Below the pieces are notes generated by a model. That model was not told the DNA's origin. It searched no databases and worked only from the letters and a program-made list of their open reading frames with translations. From the NCBI GenBank assembly GCA_965202805.1, contig OZ241869.1, positions 2,592,001 to 2,656,000 on the forward strand: a stretch of DNA of 64,000 bases. Reading direction: 5' to 3'. Made by a program: the position numbers and the translations under genes. The DNA comes from Longimicrobiales bacterium (GTDB taxonomy: Bacteria > Gemmatimonadota > Gemmatimonadetes > Longimicrobiales > Gaopeijiaceae). Of the stretch, positions 27,621-37,307 are shown piece after piece. How positions within the stretch are numbered: position 1 is the first letter of the stretch; each line of letters starts with the position of its first letter.

Positions 27621-28213
27621 AACCGGTCTCCGGCCCGCGCCGGCGCAAGGGGCAGGAACTGCTACACCAGCAGTGCTGGAACTGGGGCCGAGACATCGTG
27701 GGTCCGGAAGGCAACCTCCTGCTCGAAGCGGGCTTCCTCAAACGACGGCCGCCCGAGGGAGAAGCAGGATCGAGTTGCTACACGCTGGCGCTATCCAACG
27801 GCGACAGCCTCATGTTGTGGGGTTTCGGGCTCCTGTACGGAACGCCGCAGAAAGGTGGCGTCTACCTCAACCGCTACGCGTTTCGACCCGACTGGCTCCC
27901 GTCCGAGACGATGCAGGGGCCGATGTGGAAGCCCGACATGATCCCGGCTGGACAGGCGCCTCCGTCGCTCCGTATACCGGTTGACCTGACCGTCGCCGCC
28001 ATTCGGCGCGTCGCGGACTACGAGGAGTGGGTTCTCGCACGTTGCGGTCTGGAGTATCGCCGGGCCGTCCTGCGCCAATGGAAACAGCCTTCCGGGCGAC
28101 TGCCGCCGCAGACGCTTCCCCACGCCTGGCGCGCTCTCGCCGACGCAATCGACGGCCACCCGCATCCTGAGCCCGTGGACAAATCGGGTCTGGCGACCTG
28201 CGCCTTCCCGTAG
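27617..28213 (+). CDS. Hypothetical protein
   Basis: GTGA overlap with the upstream gene; LHQQCWNWGRDI..GNLL, YEEWV; globular composition. Confidence 0.65.
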   Translation: MKPVSGPRRRKGQELLHQQCWNWGRDIVGPEGNLLLEAGFLKRRPPEGEAGSSCYTLALSNGDSLMLWGFGLLYGTPQKGGVYLNRYAFRPDWLPSETMQGPMWKPDMIPAGQAPPSLRIPVDLTVAAIRRVADYEEWVLARCGLEYRRAVLRQWKQPSGRLPPQTLPHAWRALADAIDGHPHPEPVDKSGLATCAFP

Positions 28214-28259
28214 TCCCTTATGGAGGCGTGTCCGGGTGATCCTTGGCGCGGAGCCGCCG

Positions 28260-28700
28260 CTACTCCACGTATCCGTACACGTGGTAGAGCATGGCGTAGA
28301 CCAGCAGCCCGGTCACCGACACATAGAGCCAGACGGGGAAGGTCCAGCGGGCGAGCCGGGCGTGCTCCGTGAAGCGCTCGCGGCCGGCAAGGAAGAGCAG
28401 GCGGATGATGAGGGGGACCACCACCACCGCGAGCACCATGTGTGAGAACAGGATGGCCAGGTAAACCACCCGGGCGGTTCCCTCTCCGGCGAAGGTGTGC
28501 GTACCGGTGAGGGAGAAGCGGATGACGTAGAAGACGAGGAAGAGGCCGGACGCGCTCGCCGCCGAGATCATGCACAGGCGATGGCGGGGGATGTTGCGCG
28601 CCCGGATGAAGGCGAATCCGGCCACCAGGAAGCTGGTGCTGAGGAGGTTCAGCGAGGCGTTGACCGGAGCCAGGAAGTTGCCGAGCGCCTCCGCGTCCAT
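28260..28700 (-). CDS. DUF420 membrane protein (cytochrome oxidase-associated)
   Basis: NASLN, HRLCM, ILFSH, HARLARWTFPVWLYVSVTG. Confidence 0.9.
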   Translation of the reverse strand: MDAEALGNFLAPVNASLNLLSTSFLVAGFAFIRARNIPRHRLCMISAASASGLFLVFYVIRFSLTGTHTFAGEGTARVVYLAILFSHMVLAVVVVPLIIRLLFLAGRERFTEHARLARWTFPVWLYVSVTGLLVYAMLYHVYGYVE

Positions 28701-28721
28701 GGAATCCGCCGGCGGCCGGGC

Positions 28722-29708
28722 TTACAGGGCGGGATGCGGATCAGGTTCCTGACCGGCCCGCGCCCTTGTCGAGTCGCGCACATCCGCAGGGCTCCCCGCC
28801 GCGCCGGCCGCGAGCCGCAACTCGGGTTCATACCCGTAGGTCGCGAGCGCCACGGTCAGCGAGAGGAGCAGCGCCGCCAGCAGCGTGTGCAGCGAAACCG
28901 GCGCAACCGCCAGCCCGCTGCTCACCGAGAGGAAGCCCACGGTGACCTGGGCCAGCACGGTGACCAGCGCGCCCACCGCGAGGGCCGGGAGCGGGGCGGC
29001 GGCCTTCCGGCGCAGCACGAAGACGGCCAGCGCGAGGGTCGCCAGCGCCACCAGAATGCCCAGCAGGCGGTGGCCGAAGTGCAGAATCACCAGCGGGTGC
29101 TCGAGGGGAGGCACCACCCGGCCCAGGCAGAGCGGCACGTCCGGGCAGGCCATCCCGGCGTCGGTGTGGCGCACGACCGCGCCCAGCACCGACTGCGCCA
29201 GCACGAGCGCGGCCACCCCTCCCGCCATCCTCCCCAGCGTCGCGCGCGCGGCACCCGCCAGGCGCGCGCCCCGGCCCCATCCCCGCGCCGTTACGACCGT
29301 CATGACCGTGGCCAGCCCCAGGAACAGGAAGGCCAGCGCGAGATGGGAGGACGAGATGGCGTCCGGCAGGCGCATCAGCACGGTGAGCCCGCCCAGCACC
29401 GACTGGACGATCAGCAGCGCGATTCCGGCCAGCCCCGCCCGGTGCAGCCAACGGCGTCCCGGCTGCCGGCGCCAGGCCAGCCAGGCGGCCGCGGCAAAAA
29501 GGAGCACGAGCCCGCCCGCCACCAGCCGGTGCAGATGCTCCCAGAAGACGCCACCGGTCATCTCGGGCATCATGGTGCCGAAGCAGGTCGGCCAGTCCGG
29601 ACAGGCGAGGCTCGATTCGGTCGCGTGCACGATGCTGCCCAGCAGGAGAAGCCCCAGGGTCCATCCCAGGACGACGGCCAGCGCAACGTGGTGAAGACGA
29701 GAGCTCAT
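28722..29708 (-). CDS. ctaA: Heme A synthase COX15/CtaA
   Basis: ACPDWPTC, EHLHR, QSVLGG, ACPDVPLC, HFGHR, eight TM segments. Confidence 0.88.
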   Translation of the reverse strand: MSSRLHHVALAVVLGWTLGLLLLGSIVHATESSLACPDWPTCFGTMMPEMTGGVFWEHLHRLVAGGLVLLFAAAAWLAWRRQPGRRWLHRAGLAGIALLIVQSVLGGLTVLMRLPDAISSSHLALAFLFLGLATVMTVVTARGWGRGARLAGAARATLGRMAGGVAALVLAQSVLGAVVRHTDAGMACPDVPLCLGRVVPPLEHPLVILHFGHRLLGILVALATLALAVFVLRRKAAAPLPALAVGALVTVLAQVTVGFLSVSSGLAVAPVSLHTLLAALLLSLTVALATYGYEPELRLAAGAAGSPADVRDSTRARAGQEPDPHPAL

Positions 29709-29720
29709 CGGCACCCTGCG

Positions 29721-31670
29721 CTAACGCGCCGCCACCGCGGCCTCCCAGGCCAGCTTCGCGGTCGAACCGGCGGAGGCGGCGGCCTCGGCCTCTTCCATCG
29801 CCTCCAGGTCGGCCATCGTGACCACGCCCTCCTCCAACCACCCGTAGGTCCCATCCATGGTCCTGGCGGCCACCTTGTAGGTAGCGACGTCGTCGTTGGA
29901 GAACAGAGCGGCGAAGTGCGCCCGGACGCGCCGCCGCGCCTGCCTGCAGAAGAGGTCCGCAAGATCCTCCGGGGAGTAATCTCCGGGGTTCTTGGCGGTC
30001 AGCAGGTCGACCCGCACGGTGACCGCGGTCATCGCGAAGAGTTCGGATCCGATGTCGACGATCCGGCCCAGCACTGCCTGGCGCTTCTCGAGCCCGGGCC
30101 CGAATCGGAGCATGCAGTGGAACAGAGCACGCGCAAGCTTGCGCGAACTCCGCTCGATGAAGCCAACGTGCCCCGCCAGGCGTCCGAATTCCGAGAATCT
30201 GGGCCAGCGGCTCCAGCCTGCCCAGCGCGTGGGATACCACCAGGCATAGTGCCATGCGGCGCGCCCCAGCGCGGCCATCCGCTCCCGGAACGGCGCCTGC
30301 GGATTCACCAGGGCCCCGGCCAGCTTCAGGTGCTGATCCACCGCCTCGCGGGCGATGAACAGGCGCATGATTTCGCTCGAACCCTCGAAGATGCGATTGA
30401 TGCGCAGGTCGCGGAGCAGACGTTCCACGGGAGCAGGCATCTCCTCGCCGCGGGCACGCAGGGAATCGGCGGTCTCGTACCCGCGGCCACTCCGCATCTG
30501 GACCGCGTCGTCGGCCAGGGCCCAGGCAGTCTCGCTGTTCCAGAGCTTGGCCATGGCGGCTTCGATGCGGATGTCGAAGGTCTTCGCGTCGGCCATCACC
30601 GAGGACAGTTCCATGACCGCTTCCATGGCGAAGGCGTTCGCGGCCATCCGGCCCAGCATTTGCGCGACGGCGTCGTGCCTGCCCACCGGGGCGCCCCACT
30701 GGACCCGGTCGCGGCACCAGCGGCGGCACATGTGCAGGGCCGACTTGCCAGCCGCCGCGCACAGGGCCGGGAGCGACAGCCGGCCCGTGTTCAGCGTGAT
30801 GAGCGCGAGCTTGAGACCGAGCCCCTCGCCCCAGAGCAGGTTCTCGCGCGGCACCCGCACGTTGGTGAAGCGCAGGACGCCGTTCGATAGTCCCCTCAGC
30901 CCCATGAAGCGGCTGGTGTGCACCACCTCCACCCCGGGCCAGGCCCTGTCCACGATGAAGGCGGAGATGGGCCGCTTTCCCTTGACGCCCGCGCGCGCCG
31001 GCGTGCACGCCATGACCACCAGGAGCTCCGCGCGCGGTCCGTTCGTACACCAGAGCTTCTCTCCGTTCAGGAGATAGGCGCTGCCGTCCGCCGTCGGCGT
31101 GGCGGTGGTCGACATGTTGGCGGGATCGGAGCCGGCCTCGGGTTCCGTCAACGCGAAGGCGGAGAGCGCCCCGGCGGCCAGCCGGGGGAGGTATGCCCGT
31201 TTCTGCGCCTCGGTGCCGAAGTAGGAGAGAGGCTGGGGCACGCCGATGGACTGGTGCGCGGAGAGGAACGCGGCAGTGGAGATGCAGCGGCTGGCCACGA
31301 TCTCCAGCGCGCGGTTGTACGTGATCTGCGAGAGTCCGAGGCCGCCGTATTCCCGCGGGATCTTGATGCCGAAGGCGCCCAGGGCGCGCAGGCCGTCGAG
31401 CACTTCCTCGGGGACCCAGGCTTCGCGGTCGACGGCGTCCCCGTCGATGTGGTCGCGCGCGAACGCCTCGAGCTCCCTGAGGAAATGACTCGCCCGAAAC
31501 TGCTCCCCGGGGTCCGGCAGCGGATGGGGATGGACCCAGTCCAGATGGAACCGGCCCGAGAACATCGACTTGACGAAACTCCGCTGCTTCCAGCGCTTTT
31601 CCCGCGCGCTCTCCGCTACCTCGCGCGCTTCGCGCTCACTTGCATGGCCCCGGGCCGAGTCTGGCGTCAT
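29721..31670 (-). CDS. Acyl-CoA dehydrogenase (long form)
   Basis: IPREYGGLG, AHQSIG, FALTEPEAGSD, NGEKLWCTNG, RDLRINRIFEGSSEI. Confidence 0.93.
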   Translation of the reverse strand: MTPDSARGHASEREAREVAESAREKRWKQRSFVKSMFSGRFHLDWVHPHPLPDPGEQFRASHFLRELEAFARDHIDGDAVDREAWVPEEVLDGLRALGAFGIKIPREYGGLGLSQITYNRALEIVASRCISTAAFLSAHQSIGVPQPLSYFGTEAQKRAYLPRLAAGALSAFALTEPEAGSDPANMSTTATPTADGSAYLLNGEKLWCTNGPRAELLVVMACTPARAGVKGKRPISAFIVDRAWPGVEVVHTSRFMGLRGLSNGVLRFTNVRVPRENLLWGEGLGLKLALITLNTGRLSLPALCAAAGKSALHMCRRWCRDRVQWGAPVGRHDAVAQMLGRMAANAFAMEAVMELSSVMADAKTFDIRIEAAMAKLWNSETAWALADDAVQMRSGRGYETADSLRARGEEMPAPVERLLRDLRINRIFEGSSEIMRLFIAREAVDQHLKLAGALVNPQAPFRERMAALGRAAWHYAWWYPTRWAGWSRWPRFSEFGRLAGHVGFIERSSRKLARALFHCMLRFGPGLEKRQAVLGRIVDIGSELFAMTAVTVRVDLLTAKNPGDYSPEDLADLFCRQARRRVRAHFAALFSNDDVATYKVAARTMDGTYGWLEEGVVTMADLEAMEEAEAAASAGSTAKLAWEAAVAAR

Positions 31671-31737
31671 GTGCGGCTCCGGTGAATCGACGCCTTCAAT
31701 TCGCTGGTATGCCTGCGCGATTTCCGTGCCACGGCGG

Positions 31738-32127
31738 CTACCCCGTGCTGCCGAGCAGCGAGCGGCCGATCGAGGCGACGCCCGCCCAGATCAGCGCCAG
31801 CGCGATCAGCGCAGACACTGCGTGGGGGGCGTACGTGCGCTGATCCGCGGGACGGCGCCGCATGACCGAGACCGGAAGCTGCGCGACCGTGGCGGCGATC
31901 ACCATGGTCAGGATGTGCCCCATGAGGGCGGGGTAGAAGCCGCTCGTGAAGATGACCGCCACCCCGAGCAGGATCTGCAGATGAAGCGTTCCCGCGAAGA
32001 TGGACGCGATCACCCGCATGGTGAGGCCGTAGCGGCGACCCGTCGCCCATCCCACGAGGGCGTAGAGCGCGCACGCCGCTCCAAACAGCAGAACCAGATA
32101 GCGAACTCCCGAATGGGCCATGAACAT
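31738..32127 (-). CDS. Four-TM membrane protein
   Basis: AHSGVRYLV, HLQILLG, GHILTM; AAGGAG RBS. Confidence 0.7.
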   Translation of the reverse strand: MFMAHSGVRYLVLLFGAACALYALVGWATGRRYGLTMRVIASIFAGTLHLQILLGVAVIFTSGFYPALMGHILTMVIAATVAQLPVSVMRRRPADQRTYAPHAVSALIALALIWAGVASIGRSLLGSTG

Positions 32128-32171
32128 GAGGGCAGGACTCCTTGTCGGTTATCGGAAACGGGGGTGCGTCC

Positions 32172-35156
32172 TCAGCGGAGACCGCCGACTTCCTCCAGTT
32201 CCTCGCGGGCGCCGGCGAGGAGGGCTTCGACGCGCTCCTTCTGCTCACGGTGGGTCGCCGTCGGGGGATAGAGCGAACCCTGGCGGACGCCCCCGCCATT
32301 CATCGACTGGTAGATGCCGGCCAGCGCCGCCCGGCCCTGGTTGAGGGCCTGGTCGAGTTCCGCGATCCGCTCGCCCCTTGCGCCGCCCCCGCCCATGCTG
32401 CCCAGCTCGTCCCGCACCCGCTCCACCTCCTGCCTCAGCGCCAGCACCTCCGACAGGAACTGCTCGCGCTCCCGGTACTGGGCCAGCGTCACCGGCAACT
32501 CCGGATCACCCGTGACCGCCAGGCTCTGCTCCGAGGTCGCGCCGCGAGCCTCCAGCACCACCCGGAACGTGCCCGGGGACACGAAATGGCCCCGGTCCTC
32601 GATGGTGCGCGCCAAGCCTTCCTCATCGTGGGGCCGCCACTGCGTCGAGCTGCCGGGAAGCGGATGCCGGAGGTCCCAGTTGACCCGGTGCACGCCCGGA
32701 GAACCGGGTACCGAGAGCTCACGCACGAAGTTCCCGCGCTCGTCCTCGATGACGATGCGCGCGGGGCCGCTTCCCTGGCCGAGGCTGTAGGTGATGATGG
32801 CGCCGTCCACGGGATTGGCGCCCGCGTATGCCTCCTGGGCCCGGTACGAGGTGTCCTTCCAGTACTGGAAGATGGCCGCCGACCGGATCGGGAAGAGGTG
32901 CGCGGGCGCGGAGGCTACCTGGGCGTTCCAGGCGGCAAGGGCGCCGAGATCGTCGAGAACCAGGATGCCCCGACCGTGGGTGCCCATCACCAGGTCCTTG
33001 TCACGCGGGTGGATGACGAGGTCGTCGTAGGCGGTGGTGGGCGCGGGCATCCTCGCCCAGGTGGCGCCCGCGTCGGTGGAGGCGAAGAGCCCGTGCTCGC
33101 TTCCGACGAAGATCAGTTCGGGGTTGTCGGGATGCTCGGCGAGCGAGTTGATCGAGCCGCCCGGCTCGAGCCCGACGCTCAGGTTCAGCCAGGTTGCGCC
33201 CGCGTCCCCGGTGCGGAACACGTAGGGGGCAAAGTCGCCGCTGCGGTGGGCGTCGAAGGCGACGTAGGCGACCTCCTCGCCCCGCACCGAGGGAAGGATC
33301 CGGCTCACGTAGGTGCCGTCCGCCACCCCGGCGATGTTGCCGGAAAGCTCCGTCCAGCTGGATCCGCCGTCGCGCGACAGCTGCACGTTGCCGTCGTCCG
33401 TCCCCACCCAGAGCACATCCCCGTTCAGGGGCGACTCCGCGATGATGGTAATCTCGCTGAAGCCGCTGGTGCCGTCGTTGCGCGACAGCCGGATGTCGGA
33501 GCCGCGCACGCCCATGATCTCGAGGGCGTCACGGTCGATCTGGCGGGTGAGGTCCTCGGTGCGCGTCCAGCTGTTGCCGTGGTCGCGGCTGATGAAGAGC
33601 CGGTTGCCGGCGGTGTAGACGAGTCCCTCGGTGTGCCTGGACACCAGCGAGGGCGAGGCCCAGTCGAAGCGGTAGCGGTCTTCTCCCTCGGGGGGCTGCG
33701 GACGGATATCGAGCTGGTCCCCGGTCTCGGTGTCCACGCGCACGTAGCCGCCGCCGTTGGAGTTCACGTAGACGTAGCGCGGGTTGTGCGGATCGGGCTG
33801 CTGGTACATGCCGTCCCCGAAACCGGTCTGGCGCCAGTCGTCGTTGAGGATGCCGGCCCAGCGCCGGGTGCGCGACGGCCCCGCGAAGGAGTGGTTGTCC
33901 TGAAGTCCCCCGTGCACCCAGTACGGATCGCGCATGTCCACGCCGATGGCGTAGAACTGCGCAATGGGGATGTTGTTGATGCGCCGGTAGTTGATCCCGC
34001 CGTCATAGGTCTCGTGCACCCCGGCGTCGCCGGCCAGGTAGAAGTGCTCCGGATCCCGCGGATTGATCCACATGGTGTGCATGTCGGCGTGCACGCCCAC
34101 GTCGTAGGTGGGACGCGCCGAAATGTCCTCCCAGGTGCGCCCGCCGTCCCGGCTGCGGTAGGAGGAGGTGGCCAGGGTGTAGACCACGTTCTCGTCGTTC
34201 GGGTCGATGTAGACGTGGGAATAGTACATGGGGCGGCCGTTCAGGTCGCTCATCTTCTCCCAGGTGTCGCCGCCGTCCGTGGAACGGTACGTCCCCGTGT
34301 CCTCGGTGTGCTCGATCAGCGCGTTCAGCACCATGGGGTTCGAGCGGGAGATGGCCAGGCCGATGCGTCCCTTGTCTCCCGCGGGAATGCCTTCGGTCAA
34401 TTCCTCCCAGGTGTCGCCGCCGTCCGTGGAACGGTAGATGCCGCTGCCCGGACCACCCCCGTTGAAGCCCCAGGCGGTGCGGCGCCGCTGGTACATCGCC
34501 GCGTAGACGACGTCCGGGTTGTCGAAGTTGAGGACGAGGTCGATCGCGCCGGTGTCTTCATCCACGTGCAGGACCTTCCGCCAGTTGCGGCCGCCATCGA
34601 AGCTGCGGTAGACGCCCCGCTCCTCGCTGGCGTTCCACAGGTCGCCGCTGGCGGCCACGTAGACGACATCGGGGTTGCGCGGATGGACCTGCACCTCGGC
34701 GATGTGACGCGTTCCCTCCAGCCCCAGGTGCTCCCAGCTCTCGCCGCCGTCGTCGCTGCGATAGACGCCGTTGCCCCAAGAGGTGCTCTGCCGGTTGTTC
34801 TGCTCCCCGGTGCCCGCGTAGACGACCATCGGATCGGAGGGGGCGAGGGCCACGTCGCCGAAGGTGTTGACCTCCATGTCCTCGAAGACGTTCACCCAGT
34901 TGTGCCCGCGGTTCAGGCTGCGCCAGAGGCCCCCGGAAGCGGTGGCGACCCAGAGCACGGAAGGGTTGTCCGCGAGCGCCTCCACGTCGTGGACCCGACC
35001 GCCCGTGACCGCCGGGCCTATGGCTCGGGGTCGGAAGGCTTCCAGCTGGGCTTCGGAGATGGGCGCCGATTGCGCGGCAACCGACAACGGGAGCGAGAAC
35101 GCCAGGAGCAGGCCCCCGAGAGCGCCTGCGCCGACTCTCCGCAAATGGACGGACAT
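32172..35156 (-). CDS. Secreted VPS10/sortilin-like BNR-repeat protein (often annotated glycosyl hydrolase)
   Basis: Signal peptide; RAIGPAVTGGR, repeated YRSxDGGxTW Asp-boxes, GGLQDN, GTHGRG, VNWDLR. Confidence 0.9.
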   Translation of the reverse strand: MSVHLRRVGAGALGGLLLAFSLPLSVAAQSAPISEAQLEAFRPRAIGPAVTGGRVHDVEALADNPSVLWVATASGGLWRSLNRGHNWVNVFEDMEVNTFGDVALAPSDPMVVYAGTGEQNNRQSTSWGNGVYRSDDGGESWEHLGLEGTRHIAEVQVHPRNPDVVYVAASGDLWNASEERGVYRSFDGGRNWRKVLHVDEDTGAIDLVLNFDNPDVVYAAMYQRRRTAWGFNGGGPGSGIYRSTDGGDTWEELTEGIPAGDKGRIGLAISRSNPMVLNALIEHTEDTGTYRSTDGGDTWEKMSDLNGRPMYYSHVYIDPNDENVVYTLATSSYRSRDGGRTWEDISARPTYDVGVHADMHTMWINPRDPEHFYLAGDAGVHETYDGGINYRRINNIPIAQFYAIGVDMRDPYWVHGGLQDNHSFAGPSRTRRWAGILNDDWRQTGFGDGMYQQPDPHNPRYVYVNSNGGGYVRVDTETGDQLDIRPQPPEGEDRYRFDWASPSLVSRHTEGLVYTAGNRLFISRDHGNSWTRTEDLTRQIDRDALEIMGVRGSDIRLSRNDGTSGFSEITIIAESPLNGDVLWVGTDDGNVQLSRDGGSSWTELSGNIAGVADGTYVSRILPSVRGEEVAYVAFDAHRSGDFAPYVFRTGDAGATWLNLSVGLEPGGSINSLAEHPDNPELIFVGSEHGLFASTDAGATWARMPAPTTAYDDLVIHPRDKDLVMGTHGRGILVLDDLGALAAWNAQVASAPAHLFPIRSAAIFQYWKDTSYRAQEAYAGANPVDGAIITYSLGQGSGPARIVIEDERGNFVRELSVPGSPGVHRVNWDLRHPLPGSSTQWRPHDEEGLARTIEDRGHFVSPGTFRVVLEARGATSEQSLAVTGDPELPVTLAQYREREQFLSEVLALRQEVERVRDELGSMGGGGARGERIAELDQALNQGRAALAGIYQSMNGGGVRQGSLYPPTATHREQKERVEALLAGAREELEEVGGLR

Positions 35157-35319
35157 GCTGATTTCTCCTGACACGAAAAGACCAGACCGGACGGCGAGGA
35201 TCGCGACCGCGAACGCCTCTCCGGCACGTGTGGACGGCCCGAAAAAGAATCGTATCCGGGCCGGTTCGGTGCAAGCTGACCGGACGCCGGGGCGCCACGC
35301 GATCCGGCGACGGGTGCAA

Positions 35320-36126
35320 TCAGGCCTCCGGTGGTTCTTCCCCGCCGCCGTACCGTTCGAGGGCCTTGCGCACAACCTCACGCACCTCGTCGGCGAGATC
35401 GTCCAGCCTCAACATCCAGTCCAGGTAGTCGGGCGAGGTCGCCGCCACTTCCGCCAGCCGCGTTCCCCGGTGCTTTCCGCGGGCGAAGACGTAGCTCTCG
35501 AGGTCGCTCCCCGAGAACCATCTCTGGAACTCCGTCAGAAAGGGCCTGATCTCGTCGCAGTAGGCGTGGAGCCCGGCGATGTCGCCCGGAAGACCCGGGT
35601 AGTGGGTGAGCTGCGCGGCGAGGACGCGGGCGGTCATGCGCACGTCCGCGCGAGCGCTGTGCGCGCCGTCATGCTCGTCGTCGACGTAGAAGCGGGCGGC
35701 GGCGGCCAGATCGCGCGGCTCCTCCCGGTGGAAGATCACCTGCGCGTCGATGAGCCGGCGGTCCTTCAGGTCGAAGGGGACAGCCGCGCGCCGGAACTCC
35801 TCGAGCAGGATGTGCAGGTCGAAGCCGCGGATGTTGAACCCGGCCAGATCGCACCCCTCCAGCAGGCCGGCCAGGCTGCGTGCCCGGCTCCGGAAGGGAG
35901 CCTCGCCGGCGACATCGGCGTCGCTGATGCCGTGGACCGCGGAGGCCTCGGGGGGGATGGGTTTTTCCGGGTTGAAGCGGCGGACCCGGTCCACCACCCG
36001 GCCATCGGGATACAGGATAAGCAGCGCCAGTTCGACGACGCGGTCCTCGCTTCGGTTCAGACCGGTGGTTTCGAGGTCGAGGAAGGCCAGGGGACGGGCC
36101 AGACTGATGGGGAGGGCAGGATCCAT
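35320..36126 (-). CDS. DEDDh 3'-5' exonuclease (DnaQ-like)
   Basis: FLDLETTG, AVHGI, GFNIRGFD, HSARAD, C-terminal GKHRG. Confidence 0.9.
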   Translation of the reverse strand: MDPALPISLARPLAFLDLETTGLNRSEDRVVELALLILYPDGRVVDRVRRFNPEKPIPPEASAVHGISDADVAGEAPFRSRARSLAGLLEGCDLAGFNIRGFDLHILLEEFRRAAVPFDLKDRRLIDAQVIFHREEPRDLAAAARFYVDDEHDGAHSARADVRMTARVLAAQLTHYPGLPGDIAGLHAYCDEIRPFLTEFQRWFSGSDLESYVFARGKHRGTRLAEVAATSPDYLDWMLRLDDLADEVREVVRKALERYGGGEEPPEA

Positions 36127-36399
36127 GGGCGCTGGGTCAGGGGCTTCGGCGGCGCGGGCCCGAACCTCCGGCGGTTGGTCCGCCCGCGTCCGATCCCGGG
36201 AGCGTTTGAGTCTGGCAGCCGGAGAGCCGGAATGCCAGATTGGCGGCGGATCAATGTGCGGATCCTCCGAAACGACAGCCCGCCGTCCGGAGTATGGAGA
36301 CGCGTGACTGCGACTCGCCGAAGACACCGGAAAACGCCAGGGGGTTGGTGGAAGTCCGCTGGCCGCCGCCTGACGTTCGCGGCGCGCCCGAGCCGCCCG

Positions 36400-37152
36400 A
36401 TGGCGCGGGTACTCCGGGCGCGGGTGCCGGCGGCCCTGCTGGTCGGTCTCTGTCTCGGCCTTGCGGCAACCGCCGCCATCGGGGGCGAGGCCGGAATGCA
36501 GGAGGCAGGGGATTCCGTGGTGCTCCTGCACGGGCTGGGCCGCACTCGGACTTCCATGCTGGTTCTGGCCCAGCGGCTCGAGCGGGCAGGCTACGACGTC
36601 ACGAACGTCGGGTACGACTCGCGGGGCGGATCCCTGGCGGAGCACGTGGAGACGTTGGCCGCGGAGGTGTCCGGCTGCTGTGCCACGGCTTCGCGCGTGC
36701 ACTTCGTCGGCCACTCGCTCGGCGGGCTCGTGATCCGCCAATACCTGGCCGACTCTCCCCCTGCCGCGCTGGGACGCGTCGTTCTGCTTGCGCCGCCCAA
36801 CCGGGGCAGCGAGATGGCGGACTGGTTCCGCGAGCAGCCGTTCGGCCACCTCCTCGGACCTGCGGGGAAGGCTCTCGGCACCAGCGCCACCGACATCCCG
36901 GCCAACCTTCCTCCGCCGGAGTACGAGGTCGGGATCATCGCGGGCAACCGCAGCCTCAACCCGATCGGATCGGCTCTGATCCCGGGCCCCGACGACGGCA
37001 TGGTCGGCATCGAGCATACCAGAATCGAGGGCGTGCCGCTGATCGTGGTGCCGGCGTCCCATACCTTCCTCATGAACAGCCGCTTCACCGCCGAAGCGGT
37101 AATCAGCTTCCTCGGGACGGGCGCGTTCCCGGAGGTTCCTGACCGGCTATAG
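36400..37152 (+). CDS. Secreted alpha/beta hydrolase (lipase/esterase-like)
   Basis: Signal peptide, LLHGLG, GHSLGG, APPNRGS, DDGMV, HTFLM. Confidence 0.88.
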   Translation: MARVLRARVPAALLVGLCLGLAATAAIGGEAGMQEAGDSVVLLHGLGRTRTSMLVLAQRLERAGYDVTNVGYDSRGGSLAEHVETLAAEVSGCCATASRVHFVGHSLGGLVIRQYLADSPPAALGRVVLLAPPNRGSEMADWFREQPFGHLLGPAGKALGTSATDIPANLPPPEYEVGIIAGNRSLNPIGSALIPGPDDGMVGIEHTRIEGVPLIVVPASHTFLMNSRFTAEAVISFLGTGAFPEVPDRL

Positions 37153-37307
37153 CCCGCCGGCGGCACCCGCTTTGTGGCGGGTCCGACGATCTGTTGCGTA
37201 CAATGTCCGGACGCAGGCCCGCAGCTACCGCTCGGCGGTGGCGACGGGGACTCCGGAACGGTCCCGGCGGGCGCTCCCTCCCCAACTTCGTACAAAGGCA
37301 GGATCCG

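Noticed and set aside
28169..28187. GAGCCCGTGGACAAATCGG, similar to the MITE-like arm, near the right edge of the metal cassette
   Set aside because: It lies in coding sequence (EPVDKS). The same 12-mer occurs in another EPVD codon run near 21960, and I saw no partner arm at the left edge.
34258..34440. Exact ~30-nt repeat inside the VPS10-like gene
   Set aside because: Explained by BNR/Asp-box protein repeats (YRSTDGGDTW); not CRISPR or a DGR template.
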